Assembly (NCBI GenBank): GCA_013265495.1 | Contig: MU059903.1 | Span: 496,001-560,000, forward strand | Reading direction: 5' to 3' | Source: Vicugna vicugna | Taxonomy: Eukaryota | DNA: 64,000 bases | In this document: positions 62,330-64,000 of the stretch, one piece after another | Position numbering within the stretch: the first letter of the stretch is position 1 | How the letters are laid out: every line of letters begins with the position of its first letter | The notes under the pieces: model-generated | The model's input: the letters and a program-made list of their open reading frames with translations, nothing else | Database searches by the model: none | What the model was told of the DNA's origin: nothing | Position numbers and translations under genes: made by a program

Positions 62330-63250
62330 GCCGCCGTCCGCGCGCCCGGTGTTCAGGGCGGGGGGCCTCTCCTCACCAACTAGGTGACCAGGCAGGCGGT
62401 CAGAGCACCCCGGAAAGCACCCCTAGGAGCTGTCACAGGACAGCAGCTCCGATTCAGGGTCCGCGTTGCTCCGCATCCCACCTGGGTGAGTCTAGTTTCC
62501 TCTCACCTGCCTGGGCTCGGGGCGCTGGACCGCTGCTGCGGGGACGCCTCCCGGCGGGGCGGGCCTGCCCCGTCCTTCTGCGCGAAGCCCCGTGCGCACT
62601 CTCGTGAGTCTGAATACAGCGGAGCCCAAGGTGCGCCCCGAGTGGGTGTGCCCCGCACCAGCGCTCTCCGTGCGAGTGACGGGGAGCCTCGCTCCCACAG
62701 AAGCAGCGGCAGCGGAGTGTGCGCAGAGCGTGTGTGTTAAACGCGAGCTCCGCGGAAGGCTGAAGCTAGCAAAGCCCGCTCAGGAAGCAGTCAGCCGAAC
62801 AGCCCTGTTAAGTAAACTAAATTCGTTTGATTTAAAACCTTCAACCAGAGAAAAGAAAGGCCCTGGCAACACAATCAGAGGTCTCGACGCGGAATGTGAA
62901 GTGGCGCAGCGACTGTGGAAAGCAGGACGGCGCTGCCGCGAAAAACTAAACGTAGAATGACCACGGGGGCCAGCAGTTCTGCTTCGGGGAATGCAGCCGG
63001 GAGAACTGAAGGCAGGGCCGGTGGCACGTATTCGTGCCCCTGTGTTCGCAGCGGCGACGGTCACAGCAGCCAAGATACGGAGACAACCCACGCGTCCATC
63101 CAGACGACGGACAGACACGGTGTGGTCCGTCTACGCAGCGGGACCTTGTTCAGCCGCCAAAAGGAAGGGAATCCTGACGCCCGCTGCGTCATGGGTGAGC
63201 CGGGAAGACATCATGCTGAGTGAGATGAGCTGGACAGAAAAGGCCAAACA
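62330..63250. promoter_or_regulatory. Distal CpG-rich island about 6.6 kb upstream of ARHGEF7 exon 1
   Basis: High CpG density, GC boxes at 62356-62364 and 62556-62563. The right half is a GC-shifted L1 remnant. Confidence 0.55.
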
Positions 63251-63465
63251 CTGAGTCCACTCCCATGAGGTATGGAGAGCGGTCGGTCATGGAGGAGAGG
63301 GTAGCCGGCGGGGCGGGAAAGTTGGAGTTTAATGGGGACAGAGCTTCAGCTTGGGAAGATGGAACTGTTCTGAGCTGGGTGGTGGGGATGGTTCCACAAT
63401 GTGAATGTGCTTAATGCCACTGAACCCAACACTTAAAATGGTACATTTAATTACAATAAAAAAGA
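62860..63465 (+). mobile_element. Old L1M 3' end, strongly GC/CpG-shifted
   Basis: Colinear with the L1 ORF2 end and 3'UTR (compare 45460-45700). Ends GTGAATGTGCTTAATGCCACTGAAC...AATAAAAAAG. Confidence 0.7.
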
Positions 63466-63513
63466 CTTCATTACAACTAACTTCTTTTTCAGAAATGTTT
63501 GATTCATTTTAGG

Positions 63514-63653
63514 TTTTTTTTTTAAATTTTTATTTTTGGGGGGATGTGGTGATTAGGTTTACTTATTTATTTACATTAATGAGGGTGCTGGGGATTGAAC
63601 CCAGGACCTTGTGCATGCTAACCACGTACTTTACCACTGAGCTATACCCTCCC
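63514..63653 (-). mobile_element. tRNA-Ala-derived camelid SINE (Vic-1-like)
   Basis: A box TAGCTCAGTGG and B box GGTTCAATCCC on the minus strand, with the same 3' tail structure as the 53.1 kb copy. Confidence 0.85.
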
Positions 63654-64000
63654 GCCAGCTAACTTTTTAAACATAGAAAAAGCCCTTATTTTCATTCCAA
63701 AAAGCATGTTCTATGTCTCATCAGCCCCCTTAGGTAGAATCTGGTACAACCTGGTCCTAATAGGTTGGGTTTCTGTGGGACCAGCAGCTCTGTCACATGA
63801 CCACAGATCGCCTACCGACATCTGAGCTGGGAATTCTGCAAACTTAGCTAAAGCCGTAAGACGGAAAAAGAGCAGCATCTAAGGAACGCCTCAGCCTGGA
63901 AAATCAGCCTTGAGCCCCTGATGAGTCCAGTGCCATTGGCCCCCATCCCCAGGCCAGAAGGGCAGGGCGGGAGGTGGTGGGGGGGAGGAACCTGTTCAGA

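Noticed and set aside
63514-63653. tRNA-Ala-like sequence (also at 53084-53206)
   Set aside because: The acceptor stem is degenerate and the sequence continues into the shared AAACCTAATTACC/C-run/A-rich tail. These are SINEs, not tRNA genes.
53084-63653. SINE pair as a dsRNA / A-to-I editing substrate
   Set aside because: Both copies are in the same orientation, about 10 kb apart, and one lies upstream of the promoter.

Overview
Mammalian genomic DNA, most likely camelid (two Vic-1-like tRNA-Ala-derived SINEs). The window holds the 5' part of ARHGEF7 (beta-PIX/COOL-1) on the minus strand: five coding exons (165, 87, 85, 131 and 202 nt, all GT-AG, phase-compatible) encoding the CH domain and SH3 domain. 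The gene continues past the window start. There are three CpG islands (exon-1 promoter, an internal exon-2 promoter with an ETS-CRE composite, and a distal island), plus LINE, SINE, LTR and DNA-transposon remnants. The most notable object is a full-length Tigger4-like (pogo-family) transposon just beyond the internal CpG island, antisense to ARHGEF7. Its terminal inverted repeats are decayed (12/18 identical), yet its 590-codon transposase frame has no frameshift and only one in-frame TAA, which falls between the DNA-binding and DDE domains. A Tigger1 copy in the same gene is fragmented by comparison. This makes it a candidate domesticated or recently inactivated transposase gene. Intron 2 also contains two candidate unannotated small exons whose splice sites sit in hairpins: a 24-nt in-frame microexon that mimics the U1 5' end, and a 49/69-nt stop-containing exon with a recursive-splice-like AG|GT site. 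Repeat family names come from recalled consensus sequences and were not checked by database search.
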